64,000 nt of DNA, taken from positions 32,001 through 96,000 of the forward strand of contig JAVVEA010000008.1 in NCBI GenBank assembly GCA_032250835.1. The letters run 5' to 3'. Position numbers and translations under genes: made by a program. This DNA comes from a bacterium. Its GTDB lineage: Bacteria > SAR324 > XYD2-FULL-50-16. The notes beneath the pieces were generated by a model that was not told where the DNA came from, searched no databases, and was given only the letters and a program-made list of their open reading frames with translations. Shown here piece by piece: positions 44,306 to 55,097 of this stretch. Position 1 is the stretch's first letter; each line of letters begins with the position of its first letter.

Positions 44306-46999
44306 CTACTCTTCAGCAGCCTTCTTGGTGGTCTTCTTAGCTGGAGCCTTTTTGGCCGCCGGTTTCTTAGCTGCCGCCTTTTTAGCCGGTTTTTCTCCGG
44401 CGTCATCGGCCACGGCTTTCTTGGCCGCAGGCTTCTTGGCCGCCGCCTTCTTGGGGGCGGGCTTTTCGGCGGCATCGGCCTTTTTGGCTGCTGCCGTTGC
44501 GGCTTTTTCGGCGTCCGTTTTACGGGGGCGTCCGGCCCGTTTAGCGGGGGCCTCTGCACTAGCCGCTTCGCGGGCCTTGGCTGGAGCCTTAGGGGCCGGC
44601 TTTTCTACCACTGGGGTGGTGGCTTCGGCTTCGGCTTGTCGGCCTCTACCTCTTCCTCTGCCCCGTCCACGGCCACGGCCAGCTTTTGGCTTTTCTTCGG
44701 TAACTAGGCCGTTACCATCAATATCCGGCTTGCGCGGGGCATCTGCGGGCGGTGCTACGTTTCCGTTGACCTCGACGGTCGGTCCGGCCGTTGATTCCTT
44801 TTTCTTTCCGCGACCCCGACCGCCCCGGCTGCGCCGTTTCTTGGGCTTGTCGTCTTCGGCTTCTACTTCCACCTTGGCTTGGGCTTTCGGGGCTTGTGCC
44901 TTTTTAAGCGACGCCAGGGCTTCTGCCTCTTTGCGGGCCTGTGCCTCGATCTTTAGCAATTCTTCGTTGCTGAGATGCTGGCTGCGCCACAAATAACGCT
45001 CGGGCACCACACGGCGGGGAAGTCCCTTGCCTTTCATGCGGTTTTGGAAGTCCGTAAAAAACTGGTCTAATTGCTCTTCGCTGTGCTGGGTGAGGTTCTG
45101 GAAGAGCGCACCGGGGTGGATTTCGCTGTCCTCATTGAGCACTTGAGTGCCGTCGAAAGACATGGGCTGGAAATTAAAGCCCGAATCTGCGAATTCCTCC
45201 TCTTCGCCTTCTTCTTCCTCTTCTTCTGCCTCAAATCCAGCAGCCAGGGGCGGCTGTTCGGCAGGTTCTTCTTCACGCCGACCTCGTCCGCGTCCCCGGC
45301 CACGTCCGCGGCCTCGTCCACCACGTTCTTCGCGGGGTTCTAGGTCTTTCGCAGCGGCTGTGTCCAGCTCTTCGGCCACCTCTTCCAAGGCTTCGTCGAT
45401 GCTGTCTAAAGCGGGGGTCACTTGGGTGCCGTCTTCTTCGCGTTCACGACCTCGTCCGCGTCCCCGACCACGGCCTCTTCCGCGTCCACGGTCCTCGCTG
45501 CTCGGTTCGGTGCGTTCGGTGTGGTCTTCGTGGCGTTTCGGCGGGCCTTCGGTAAGGCACTTAAGGGCGTTTTCGCTAAATGAAACCAGGGCCGGATTGG
45601 CGGTCAGGCGGATTTCGATCCCAAATTCATGCTCAAGATCGGTCACCTCTTGGCGGCGTTCGTTGAGCAGGTGGTTGATCGTCTCTAAAGGTAGCTCACC
45701 GGAAACGCGCTTGGCGTTGCCTTTGGCGGCTAATTCGCGGATGGCGCGCAGCACGGAGTTGGTCGAGGCCAGTAGGCTAGGCACTTGTCCCTTGCCGTGG
45801 CAAACGGGGCAGGGGCTTTCGATTACGTTAGAAATCCGCACCGCCATGCGCTGGCGGCTGATTTCCATCAAGCCAAATTGACTGATCGGCAGGAGCTTGT
45901 GCTGGGCCTTGTCGCGCAACATGGCTTGTTGGATTGCGTCTTCGACCTGATGGCGGCTCTTGTCGCGCTCCATGTCGATGAAGTCAACGACCACCAATCC
46001 GCCTAAGTTACGCAAGCGCAACTGGCGCGCCACTTCTTCGGCGGCCTCCAGGTTGGTGCGTAGGGCCGTATCGTCTACGTTCTTTTCTTGGTTGCTACGT
46101 CCAGAGTTGACGTCAATGGAGACCAGTGCTTCGGTCTGGTCGATCACAATCGAGCCGCCGGACTTAAGCCGAACTTCGCGAGAGGTCAACTGCTCCACTT
46201 GCTTTTCGATGTTGTAGGCCGAAAAGAGGCTGCGGTCGCCGACGTAGAGTTTTAGGATCTTCTGCTTGCGGGGTGCGGCCATCTTAAGAAAGTCCAGCAC
46301 ACCTTGGAAGATCATGGGGTTGTCTACCCAGATTTCGTCGATGTCTTCGGTGTAATAGTCGCGCAACGTGCGGGTGACCACGCCTTCTTCCTCTTCTAAG
46401 AGGCCCGCGCTCTTGGCGCTGGTGAAGCGCTCTAAGATCGTCTCCCAGTGACGCTTGACGGTGGTGTAGTCTTTTTTGAGCTCAGCCAAACTGCGGCCGG
46501 TACCGGCGGTGCGGATGATGACCGAATGCTCTTCCCCATCGAGGCCTGATAAAAAGCCTTTGAGGCGGTCGCGCTCTTCGCGGTCTTCGATTTTTTTGCT
46601 GACGCCGCCTTTGCTGCCGTAAGGCATCATCACCATAAACCGACCCGGAAGGGTGATGTTCATGGTCATGGCGGCCCCTTTGTAGTCCACCTCTTCGCGG
46701 GTAACCTGCACTAAAATCTGCTGGCCTACACGCAACCGGGCACCCTTTTCGGTAGGGCCTTCGATCAGTTCTTGGTTGACTTCAGCAAGGGGGAGGAAAC
46801 CATGGCGGCGGGCGCCGTAGTCTACGAAAGCGGCTTGGACGGAATTTTGGATCTGAACTACACGGGCGCGGTAAATATTGCCCTTAGTTTGCTCACGGCT
46901 CTGGTGTTCGATCAGCATCTCTTGAAGAAGCTGGTCTTCCACCAGGGCGATGCGACTTTCCACATCGCTCGCCATGATGAGCATCATTTTTTTTGTCAT
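44306..46999 (-). CDS. rne: Ribonuclease E with long disordered C-terminal region
   Basis: KGNIY, AAFVDYG, IDQTEALVSIDVNSG, RLRNLGGLVVVDFIDM, Zn-link CPVCHGKG; start inferred at MTKKM. Confidence 0.93.
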   Translation of the reverse strand: MTKKMMLIMASDVESRIALVEDQLLQEMLIEHQSREQTKGNIYRARVVQIQNSVQAAFVDYGARRHGFLPLAEVNQELIEGPTEKGARLRVGQQILVQVTREEVDYKGAAMTMNITLPGRFMVMMPYGSKGGVSKKIEDREERDRLKGFLSGLDGEEHSVIIRTAGTGRSLAELKKDYTTVKRHWETILERFTSAKSAGLLEEEEGVVTRTLRDYYTEDIDEIWVDNPMIFQGVLDFLKMAAPRKQKILKLYVGDRSLFSAYNIEKQVEQLTSREVRLKSGGSIVIDQTEALVSIDVNSGRSNQEKNVDDTALRTNLEAAEEVARQLRLRNLGGLVVVDFIDMERDKSRHQVEDAIQQAMLRDKAQHKLLPISQFGLMEISRQRMAVRISNVIESPCPVCHGKGQVPSLLASTNSVLRAIRELAAKGNAKRVSGELPLETINHLLNERRQEVTDLEHEFGIEIRLTANPALVSFSENALKCLTEGPPKRHEDHTERTEPSSEDRGRGRGRGRGRGRGREREEDGTQVTPALDSIDEALEEVAEELDTAAAKDLEPREERGGRGRGRGRGRGRGRREEEPAEQPPLAAGFEAEEEEEEGEEEEFADSGFNFQPMSFDGTQVLNEDSEIHPGALFQNLTQHSEEQLDQFFTDFQNRMKGKGLPRRVVPERYLWRSQHLSNEELLKIEAQARKEAEALASLKKAQAPKAQAKVEVEAEDDKPKKRRSRGGRGRGKKKESTAGPTVEVNGNVAPPADAPRKPDIDGNGLVTEEKPKAGRGRGRGRGRGRGRQAEAEATTPVVEKPAPKAPAKAREAASAEAPAKRAGRPRKTDAEKAATAAAKKADAAEKPAPKKAAAKKPAAKKAVADDAGEKPAKKAAAKKPAAKKAPAKKTTKKAAEE

Positions 47000-47102
47000 A
47001 CTCTTCCTATGAATGACGTTGGACCCGGGAGGTTCCCGAAGTCTTGCCATTTACAGAAGAGAGGAGTCCGACGAGAGGAGTCGGTTTTAGCCGACTCTAA
47101 GG

Positions 47103-47366
47103 CTATTCAGTGATTTCGCCGCAGGCTTTTCGAGCTGCTTCAAAGAAACTGATCGCTGGCACGACAATGCCTTTATAGGCACCGCCAAAGACTAAGTATT
47201 TGTCTTTGCCAACTTGTTTTGCACGCGCCTTGCCTCCGCCGCCCAAACCTGAGCATTGGAAATGGCGCTGTCCATTCTCGTCTTTATAGAGGAATTCGAC
47301 CGCCTGTAAGCTGGGGGCCCAGAGGAATAGGGTCAAGATTGCGGCTGCTTTGATTTTCTTATTCAT
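47103..47366 (-). CDS. Small exported hypothetical protein (2 Cys)
   Basis: GGAG RBS, signal peptide MNKKIKAAAILTLFLWAPSLQA; ends AARKACGE. Confidence 0.6.
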   Translation of the reverse strand: MNKKIKAAAILTLFLWAPSLQAVEFLYKDENGQRHFQCSGLGGGGKARAKQVGKDKYLVFGGAYKGIVVPAISFFEAARKACGEITE

Positions 47367-47631
47367 ACTCACTCCGATCGGGATGTTGTCATCAACCGTT
47401 TCGGATCTCCATGCAAAAAGCTTGCAGTACTCGCGAGCGCCCATGATTTTTGACGCTTGCCCTTGAATTCTTCTGCCTTGGGTCTGGCTTCAGGAGGGGG
47501 TGAATCTTTACAGCCCTCTCATCTCCCATCACTTCTGTCTTTTGGCTTACCCGAAGACTATCCAGAACCGCTAGAGTTTGTCTAGAAAATTACCACCTTG
47601 CCGCTTAAGCCCCGAAATATTGAGCTTATTC

Positions 47632-48504
47632 TTAGGCGGTCAACACCTCAACGCCCGAATCCGAGACGTAAAGGGTGTGTTCAAATTGGGCGCTTAGCTG
47701 GCCGTCGATGGTTACGGCGGTCCAATTGTCGCTCAAGACGCGCACGCCCTTGCGGCCCAGGTTGATCATGGGCTCAATGGTGAAAAACATGCCCGGTAAG
47801 ATGGTCATGCCCGTGCCGCCGCGCCCGAAATGGGGCACCTGGGGTTCGTCGTGGAAGCGGCGGCCAATGCCATGGCCCACAAACTGCTCGACCACGCTGC
47901 AGCCTTGCTGGTGGGCGTAGGTTTGGATCGCTTCGCCGATGTCGCCGATGTGCCCATAGGGTTGCACCGCCTCGATGCCCAAATCTAAACAATGTTTGGC
48001 AATGTCGTGGATCTTTTTTGCCTCTGCTGAACAGTTACCCACCAAGAAGCTTCGGTTGGTGTCGCCGAAGTAGCCGTCTAAGATGCAAGTAACGTCCACG
48101 TTCAACAGGTCCCCATCCTCGACCACTACGTCTTGGCTGGGGATTCCGTGGCAGACCACCTCGTTGAGCGAGGTGCAGCAACTCTTGGGGTAGCCATGAT
48201 AACCCAAAGTGGCCGGCGTGGCTCCGTGGTCCAAGGTGAATTCGTAGACCAGTTGGTCGATTTCCTCGGTGGTGATGCCTGGCTTAAGGTGCTGCTCAAC
48301 CATCACCAAAGTGGCTTTCGCCAAGCGGCAGGAGGCGCGCATGCCTTCGATAAACTCAGCGCTACGGGGGATCGGGCGCGGGCGAAAGGGACTACGGTTC
48401 ACTTCGGGTTCCTCTAGGTCTTTGCCAAGATGGCATTTCTTATATTTCTTTCCGCTCCCACACCAACAGGGGTCATTGCGGTTGGGTATCTGCTCTGGGG
48501 TCAC
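47632..48504 (-). CDS. map: Type I methionine aminopeptidase with N-terminal SEC-C motif
   Basis: [25 protein letters not shown]…[24 protein letters not shown]. Confidence 0.96.
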   Translation of the reverse strand: MTPEQIPNRNDPCWCGSGKKYKKCHLGKDLEEPEVNRSPFRPRPIPRSAEFIEGMRASCRLAKATLVMVEQHLKPGITTEEIDQLVYEFTLDHGATPATLGYHGYPKSCCTSLNEVVCHGIPSQDVVVEDGDLLNVDVTCILDGYFGDTNRSFLVGNCSAEAKKIHDIAKHCLDLGIEAVQPYGHIGDIGEAIQTYAHQQGCSVVEQFVGHGIGRRFHDEPQVPHFGRGGTGMTILPGMFFTIEPMINLGRKGVRVLSDNWTAVTIDGQLSAQFEHTLYVSDSGVEVLTA

Positions 48505-50918
48505 TTTACAACAAGGTTTAAGATCTTGTCGGGCACATAAATCACCTTAACCACTTGTTTGCCTTCGGTGTACTTTTGCACTTTTTCAGAAGCCATGGCT
48601 AGCGCCAAAACCTCTTCCTGGCTGCTGCCGGGGGGTACTTCTAGGCTGTCGCGGTGTTTCCCTAATACCTGAACCGGCAGCGTGATGCTTTGGCTGACCA
48701 GTTTAGATTCATCAAAGGTCGGCCAGGGCTGATAAGCCAAGGTCTCGCCACTGCCCAGCTTCTGCCAGAGCTCTTCGGCCAAGTGCGGCGCAAAGGGGCT
48801 CAGTAGCAGCACCAAACCGCTCATTTGGCTGCGATTGCGCTGGCTTTGCCCGGTCCATTCGTTGACCGCTATCATCAACTGGCTGATGGCCGTATTGAAC
48901 CGCAGTGCCTCTAAATCTTCGGTAACCTTCTTGACCGTCTCATGGTAAAGCCGGGTGATTTCTTCGCTGGCTTCGGTTTCGACTAATGCCGCCGATAGTT
49001 GGTCCTCTTCATCGACAAACAAACGCCAAAAGCGCGCCAAGAATCGGTTGATCCCTTCTAGTCCCGAGGTGGACCAAGGCTTGGATTTCTCTAAGGGCCC
49101 CATGAACATCTCGTATAGCCGTAGGCTGTCGGCCCCAAACTGGGCGACGATGTCGTCGGGGTTGATCACATTGCCCCGGCTTTTGGACATCTTCTCGCCG
49201 TTTTCGCCTAAGATCATGCCTTGGTTGACCAGCTTTTCAAAGGGTTCTTTGGTGCTGACTTCGCCGCGGTCATACAAGACTTTATGCCAAAACCTAGAAT
49301 ACAAGAGGTGTAAGACCGCATGTTCCGCCCCGCCCACGTATAGGTCTACCGGCATCCAGTATTTTTCGGCTTCTTTGGAGAAGGCCGCTTCACGGTTGTG
49401 GGGGTCGCAGTAGCGCAGATAATACCAACAAGACCCAGCCCACTGGGGCATGGTGTTGCTGCTGCGGGTGGCTTTGCGGCCATCAGGCAAAGTGACTTCC
49501 ATCCAGTCCTTCATCTTCGCCAAGGGGCTCTCGCCGGACTCAGAAGGCTGGAAGTCGTTGGTTTGGGGTAAGCGCAGCGGTAAATCGTTGGGGTCCATGG
49601 GGACCACTGCGCCGTCTTCGGTCTGCATCAAGGGAAAGGGCTCGCCCCAATAGCGCTGACGCGAAAAGAGCCAATCGCGGAGCTTGTAGTTGATGGCCAA
49701 TTTGCCCTGGCCTTGGGCTTCGAGTTGGTCGATGATCTTGGCCTTGGCCTCGTCCACTTCCAGCCCATCCAAGAAACCCGAATTGCACAGAGCCCCGTCG
49801 CCGGTGTGGGCCGCTTCGGATACGTCGGCACCGGCGATGATGTTTTTGATCGGCAAATTCATGGCCTGGGCAAATTCGTAGTCTCGCTGGTCGTGCCCCG
49901 GAACGGCCATGATCGCGCCGGTCCCGTAGCTCATCAAAACATAATCAGCGATCCAAATGGGCAGCGGCTCACCATTAACTGGGTTGATGGCATAGGCCCC
50001 GGTAAAGACGCCCGTCTTTTTCTTGGAAAGATCGGTGCGGTCCAGGTCCGACTTGGCCGCGCAAGTTTCTTTGTAGGCCTTTACGGCCTGCCATTGTTCT
50101 TCGGTGCAGATCAGCTCAACTAAGGCATGCTCGGGGGCGAGCACACAGTAGGTGGCCCCAAACAGCGTGTCCGGGCGGGTGGTGAAGACCACAAATTCGC
50201 GGTTCTCTTGGCCTTGGATCTTAAAATGGACCTCTGCGCCGATGGACTTGCCGATCCAGTGCCGCTGCATTTCTTTGACACTAGCCGGCCAGTCAAGGGC
50301 GTCTAGGTCTTCAAGCAGCTTGTCGGCATATTCGGTGATCTTAAGCATCCATTGTTTCATGGGCTTGCGGATTACCGGGTGGCCGCCGCGCTCGGACTTG
50401 CCGTCGATCACCTCTTCGTTTGAAAGCACAGTACGCAATTCGGGGCACCAGTTGACCGGAGCGTTGTGCTCATAGGCTAGGCCCGCGTCAAAGAGCTGCA
50501 AAAAGATCCACTGGGTCCATTTATAATAGTCTGGGTCGGTGGTGTTGATTTCTCGGTCCCAGTCGTAAGAAAAGCCTAGGGCCTTAATTTGGCGGCGGAA
50601 GTTGTCTACGTTCTGCTGGGTCGTTTGGGCCGGGTGGGTGCCGGTTTGGATGGCGTACTGCTCGGCCGGCAGGCCAAAGGCGTCCCAGCCCATGCAGTGC
50701 AACACGTTAAACCCGCGCATCCGTTTGTAACGGCTGACGATGTCCGTGGCGGTGTAGCCCTCGGGGTGGCCGACATGTAAACCCTGGCCCGAGGGGTAGG
50801 GGAACATGTCGAGGGCGTAATACTTGGGCTTGGCGTGGTCGATCTCGACCTTAAAAGTCTTGTTGGATTCCCAGTATTGTTGCCACTTGGGCTCGATTTC
50901 GCGAGGGTTATAGGCCAT
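48501..50918 (-). CDS. leuS: Leucyl-tRNA synthetase
   Basis: MFPYPSG.GLHVGH (HIGH), editing domain [21 protein letters not shown]. Confidence 0.98.
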   Translation of the reverse strand: MAYNPREIEPKWQQYWESNKTFKVEIDHAKPKYYALDMFPYPSGQGLHVGHPEGYTATDIVSRYKRMRGFNVLHCMGWDAFGLPAEQYAIQTGTHPAQTTQQNVDNFRRQIKALGFSYDWDREINTTDPDYYKWTQWIFLQLFDAGLAYEHNAPVNWCPELRTVLSNEEVIDGKSERGGHPVIRKPMKQWMLKITEYADKLLEDLDALDWPASVKEMQRHWIGKSIGAEVHFKIQGQENREFVVFTTRPDTLFGATYCVLAPEHALVELICTEEQWQAVKAYKETCAAKSDLDRTDLSKKKTGVFTGAYAINPVNGEPLPIWIADYVLMSYGTGAIMAVPGHDQRDYEFAQAMNLPIKNIIAGADVSEAAHTGDGALCNSGFLDGLEVDEAKAKIIDQLEAQGQGKLAINYKLRDWLFSRQRYWGEPFPLMQTEDGAVVPMDPNDLPLRLPQTNDFQPSESGESPLAKMKDWMEVTLPDGRKATRSSNTMPQWAGSCWYYLRYCDPHNREAAFSKEAEKYWMPVDLYVGGAEHAVLHLLYSRFWHKVLYDRGEVSTKEPFEKLVNQGMILGENGEKMSKSRGNVINPDDIVAQFGADSLRLYEMFMGPLEKSKPWSTSGLEGINRFLARFWRLFVDEEDQLSAALVETEASEEITRLYHETVKKVTEDLEALRFNTAISQLMIAVNEWTGQSQRNRSQMSGLVLLLSPFAPHLAEELWQKLGSGETLAYQPWPTFDESKLVSQSITLPVQVLGKHRDSLEVPPGSSQEEVLALAMASEKVQKYTEGKQVVKVIYVPDKILNLVVK

Positions 50919-51143
50919 CGGGGCGTTGCTCCTGAAGGGGCGGTTGCATTTTAAAAAATTGGCCCATTCTAGGTGAGGCGAGCCGCTTGGTCAATGGGGT
51001 AGGCCGTGGAACCGCCACTGGCCCGGTAAGGTTGGATTTTGGCCGAAAGTGACCGAAAATGTTGCTGCATTCCCTTTGATTTACACTATACTTAGAACTG
51101 GATAAGGGGGAGTTCTGACGCAAATGAATGGGAAATAATCAAA

Positions 51144-51818
51144 ATGATGCCATTGAAAAACGAACAGGAAATCCGTCTTTTCGAGCGTGCGGTGGAATTA
51201 ACCGAATCCATGGCTCGGGCGCTAGAAAGCCGAGATTATGAACACCTAGACCGGGTTTGGGACCTTTTTGGGAAGTTGGATCAAGTACCCTTTGGCTATT
51301 TTTCGGTGGCCCAAGAAATCCACCTTGAGTCCATCGCTCAGCGGCAAGAGCATTCTTTTAAAAATCAGGTAGACATCAACGGGACTTGGCGGTTGCTGAG
51401 CCTTTCTGTCGGGATGGGCTCCTTGTGCAGTGCCTTGGCTGGGGCTTTGTTGTATCTTGGTTCTGGGCCCGGCTCTTGGATTGCTTTTGGGGCCGGGTTG
51501 ATGTTTTTGGCGATCTTGCCCTTTGTGGTGTGGGTTCCCTGGTCCGCCCCCCGTTGCCCAAGGTGCGGCTCTAGTGCCCAAGGCCGCAGAAATTGGGAGC
51601 GCCTGATCGAGGGCGGCTCCCTGCCGGTATATCAGTGCCAATCCTGTGCTCAGGAGTTTTTCCGTTACGCCGGTTTAACGCTGCTTGAGCGGCACGAATG
51701 GCCCGAATTGCTGGTCGCGCGTGATGAACTAAAGCAACGCAAGGCGGGCCACCGCAGCTTGGTTTTGGGCTTGGTCGCCGCCAGTTTTACCCGCAGCTCC
51801 ACTCACTTAAAAGGTTGA
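51144..51818 (+). CDS. Hypothetical 2-TM protein with CPxC-x23-CxxC metal ribbon (paralogue 1)
   Basis: CPRC…CQSC-AQEFFRYAGLTLLERHEWPELL. Confidence 0.75.
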   Translation: MMPLKNEQEIRLFERAVELTESMARALESRDYEHLDRVWDLFGKLDQVPFGYFSVAQEIHLESIAQRQEHSFKNQVDINGTWRLLSLSVGMGSLCSALAGALLYLGSGPGSWIAFGAGLMFLAILPFVVWVPWSAPRCPRCGSSAQGRRNWERLIEGGSLPVYQCQSCAQEFFRYAGLTLLERHEWPELLVARDELKQRKAGHRSLVLGLVAASFTRSSTHLKG

Positions 51819-52257
51819 GTCTAGCGGGCCGCAGCCTGTTTGGTGGCCTGGACCTTTCCTATCAAAGATACCTTGCACCAAAAGCACCTAGATTTTCTGG
51901 CTTGGTGCGGCCCCAGCGCTGCCTACCGCAGGTTGGGTTTAAGGCCCCTTTTTTCCGGGCCTTTGGCTTGGTCCTTTACCCTCCTGGTCCGTCTCCAACC
52001 TCCAGATTCCCGTTATCCCAAACGCGTTCCCTTGGGTGGCCCCTTTTTAAGATCCCCTCAAAGACCAAAGCTCGGACCCTGCTTGGGACCGCCCAAACCC
52101 CTGGCACCTCCGCTCCGTCCGCCCGCCCGGCGCTTGGGCCTTGCAAACCCCTTTAGGTCCCTAAGGCTTTAGCGGCAGGGGGCGGGGTCAAGGAGTCACT
52201 TCCCGTTTGTGGTAGATCGTGCTTAAATAGCACCATATTATAATTCATTTTAGGCCC

Positions 52258-52914
52258 ATGACCGATAAAAATCCCGATCTACTGGTTGCCGTAAAGCAAC
52301 TCCGCGCCCTCTCCAAAGCACTCTACCAAGGCGATGCTCCGGCGCTGGCCCAAGGGGCGGCCAGGTGGGACGCCCTGATACGCGTGCCCAGGGGTCTGCA
52401 ATACCTCGCGGAAGTGATCGCCCAAGAACAGGTCGCCCAAGTTAAGGGGGACCCTAATGCGGCTAGTTTAAAGGCCAACCCTTTCCCAGCCCTTTGGGTC
52501 AAGGGGCTGGTTTTTATGTGTATCGTCTTGGTGATTGGTTGGGTGCTGTACCGCTATGGTTCCGTTGAAGGCGGTTGGTTTGGGCTGCGGTTGGTCGGCG
52601 CTTTTTTGATGTTCAGTTCCCCTTTAGGTCTGATTTTGGGGCGTTCGCGGGCGGTGTGTCCCGGCTGTGCCCAGGTTAGCTCGGATTTTGCGGACCAGTC
52701 GCTGGTTACCGAAGAGGCGGTTTTGCCGCTGCATTCCTGCGAACGCTGCGGTAAAACTTTTTTCCGCTACCGGGGCACCATGTTGTTTGAGCGCCACCAA
52801 CGGCCCGAATTGTTGTTTCCCCAAGAGCTTGCCTCAAAGGCCCAAGACCAACCGATCCAGTGGCTACAAGACCGTAAACAGCTAACCCAGATTTTAAATG
52901 GAGCAAAGGCATGA
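52258..52914 (+). CDS. Hypothetical 2-TM protein with CPxC-x23-CxxC metal ribbon (paralogue 2)
   Basis: CPGC…CERC-GKTFFRYRGTMLFERHQRPELL. Confidence 0.8.
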   Translation: MTDKNPDLLVAVKQLRALSKALYQGDAPALAQGAARWDALIRVPRGLQYLAEVIAQEQVAQVKGDPNAASLKANPFPALWVKGLVFMCIVLVIGWVLYRYGSVEGGWFGLRLVGAFLMFSSPLGLILGRSRAVCPGCAQVSSDFADQSLVTEEAVLPLHSCERCGKTFFRYRGTMLFERHQRPELLFPQELASKAQDQPIQWLQDRKQLTQILNGAKA

Positions 52915-53573
52915 GCGGTGACAACCGGACGCAACGGGTCTACCAGCTACGCGAACTTTCCGGCGAAATCGCCAACTTTTTGGCCCAAGGCAAGCCCGAA
53001 GAGGCCCTTGCGTTGAGCCAGCGGGTTTGGGGTCAGCTGCAGGCTGGTGACCGGATGCCCGCCGGGCAAGCAGCGCTGTTGCATAAAGTCGCGGCCACCG
53101 CCGAAGAGGCCTTAGGCCCCCAAAACAACCGACTGCACCCGACGGTAAACAACAGCGGGGCGCTGCTTTGGCGCGCCGCCAAATATGTAGGGATCGCCGC
53201 CATCACCGCCGCCATGGGCTATTTTTTGGCCGAAGAGCGGGGCGATTGGTATTGGTGGCTGCTCTTTTGGTTCGGCCTCTTGTGCATGGTCGCCATCACC
53301 CGCGTCCCCTATATCCCCGACGGTCCGGCCGACTGCCCCCGCTGCACCCGCACGGCCGCCACGCCGACCGAAGAGGTCTTTTTGACCGAAACCGAGGCCT
53401 TCCGTATCTACCAATGTAAGTCCTGCCAGACCCGCTTCTTTCGGCTAGGTGAAGCGACGCTGCTCGAAGATCACAGCGCTCCGCAGCTAATCAAACCCCA
53501 ACAAGCCGCCCAAGAACTGCTCAGCCCGACTTTAGAGGGCGGCTTGGTGGACTTGGGCGAGGTGGAATTGTGA
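52911..53573 (+). CDS. Hypothetical 2-TM protein with CPxC-x23-CxxC metal ribbon (paralogue 3)
   Basis: CPRC…CKSC-QTRFFRLGEATLLEDHSAPQLI; ATGA overlap with paralogue 2. Confidence 0.8.
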   Translation: MSGDNRTQRVYQLRELSGEIANFLAQGKPEEALALSQRVWGQLQAGDRMPAGQAALLHKVAATAEEALGPQNNRLHPTVNNSGALLWRAAKYVGIAAITAAMGYFLAEERGDWYWWLLFWFGLLCMVAITRVPYIPDGPADCPRCTRTAATPTEEVFLTETEAFRIYQCKSCQTRFFRLGEATLLEDHSAPQLIKPQQAAQELLSPTLEGGLVDLGEVEL

Positions 53574-53612
53574 GGCCCGAGGGGGCCTTGGCCCCGATAG
53601 GCTAGGTAGGAG

Positions 53613-54083
53613 ATGTTCAAGCGAAATCACCTGGCCCTTACCGCCATCTTTCTGTGGGTCCTGACCCTGGTGGTTTTCGGCTATTTTGTTTACTTCGGGA
53701 CGCTGACCGGCGAAGTCGAAGGGGGCCGCAAGGTGATCCAGGTAACAGCCAGCGAGTTGGCCTTCATCCAAGAGCGGATGATTTTTTCCTTAAAACAAAT
53801 CGCCCAGATCCAAGCCGCCTTGGCCGTAGAGGACTTGAAAGCCATCGTCGAGCCCGCCCGCAGCCTGGGCCGGGGCAACGGCGTCGAAGCCCCCAAGAGC
53901 CTACCCTTAAAAATGCCCTTCGATTTTAGGCGCTTGATCGTCACCAACCAAGAAATCTTCTCCGGCATGGCCGAAAAGTCCGCCCAGGGAGCCTTCCCTT
54001 CAGAACTCCAAGAAGACCTCACCCGCGTCTTAAAAAACTGCCATGAGTGCCACGCGAAGTTTAAGGTGGTGGCGGGGGAATAA
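53613..54083 (+). CDS. Membrane-anchored monoheme cytochrome c (c'-like helical bundle)
   Basis: N-terminal TM; helical body; C-terminal CHECH; AGGAG RBS. Confidence 0.8.
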   Translation: MFKRNHLALTAIFLWVLTLVVFGYFVYFGTLTGEVEGGRKVIQVTASELAFIQERMIFSLKQIAQIQAALAVEDLKAIVEPARSLGRGNGVEAPKSLPLKMPFDFRRLIVTNQEIFSGMAEKSAQGAFPSELQEDLTRVLKNCHECHAKFKVVAGE

Positions 54084-54101
54084 TGGTATCTTTTGGAACT
54101 A

Positions 54102-55097
54102 TTACTTCAGTATACGATCAGCAATCAAATTTGCCACGACACCAAAACCTAATGAGACAATGGAATAAAGTAGGCTATTAATCAAATATCGCTTTCTGGC
54201 AATTTTATCAGTTTGAATCAACTTTTCGTCCCCTTTGTTCAATTTAATGTATGTCGCGTGATTGATTTTTGTGGCGTATTCTTCAACGAGCATCCCAATC
54301 TGTGTTCCTGCTTTATGAAAGATGTACATAAAAAATATTGATATAATTAGGAAACTTGCCTGTTGATGGGGCATGCTCACCGAAAAGTACTTGAATATTT
54401 GTGCTGAATTTTCAGCAATAAAATAGGAAATGAAGCCAAAAAATGCCAGTTGAAATCCAGGCCGATAGAACTTTCTCAAGCCTTTGAATATTTTGATCGG
54501 CTTTGAATGCGTATCGTTTGGTAGCCCTTTTAACCATTCTTCGAAAGCAGCCTTTACAGTGTTTGCAATTATGAAATCCACATAAGTAATCTCTATAGCT
54601 GCTGTTACAAAGTCTATTAGGTCGAATAGTTGGTAGGGTACTTTTTGGCCTACCTCTTTCATCCAAGCAACGCCTGAAACAAGGTGTATTTCAATTTTAT
54701 AAGGCTGTGGGTGATCTGTGTCCTGAGTGTGTTTGACAAAATTGTATTCGAGCATTACTCGGGAAACTGGGTTGATCCCGTTTTGATTGTATGAATGAAA
54801 TTTATCAAACGAACTAAAGCGAGAAGTTTCACTTTCGCTATGAAAAACCCAAACAGTGCAACCATGCCTAGATACGCCTAGTGTCCGAAGGACTTGGAGT
54901 ATCTTGATGTTTAGCTGGGCAAGCTCTTGAAATTCCAACTGAAACGGCTCAGAGTATTCGTTTTTTTGCTTGTCTGTTTTTCCCGTAACTAGATGATAAT
55001 ATTCTTGAAATTGGTGAACATCAATTGCCAGGTTACTAGTAGTCTCAGTTCTTTGATAGCTAACGGAACTTGATGTGTTTGATGGTTGATTCTCCAA
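54102..55097 (-). CDS. Hypothetical AT-rich protein with C-terminal TM helices
   Basis: 331-aa ORF, visibly AT-richer than flanks; about 3 hydrophobic segments in the C-terminal third. Confidence 0.7.
   Translation of the reverse strand: MENQPSNTSSSVSYQRTETTSNLAIDVHQFQEYYHLVTGKTDKQKNEYSEPFQLEFQELAQLNIKILQVLRTLGVSRHGCTVWVFHSESETSRFSSFDKFHSYNQNGINPVSRVMLEYNFVKHTQDTDHPQPYKIEIHLVSGVAWMKEVGQKVPYQLFDLIDFVTAAIEITYVDFIIANTVKAAFEEWLKGLPNDTHSKPIKIFKGLRKFYRPGFQLAFFGFISYFIAENSAQIFKYFSVSMPHQQASFLIISIFFMYIFHKAGTQIGMLVEEYATKINHATYIKLNKGDEKLIQTDKIARKRYLINSLLYSIVSLGFGVVANLIADRILK

Noticed and set aside
44325-45881. Plus-strand ORFs with PRPRPR and Ala/Phe repeats
   Set aside because: Antisense mirror of the RNase E low-complexity region
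47632-48504. SEC-C fused to methionine aminopeptidase as a novelty
   Set aside because: This fusion is already known from several bacterial lineages
51815-52172. ORFs 51815-52156 and 51840-52172 between the ribbon paralogues
   Set aside because: Pro/Arg-rich, no clear RBS, no trace of the CPxC/FFR motif; treated as intergenic
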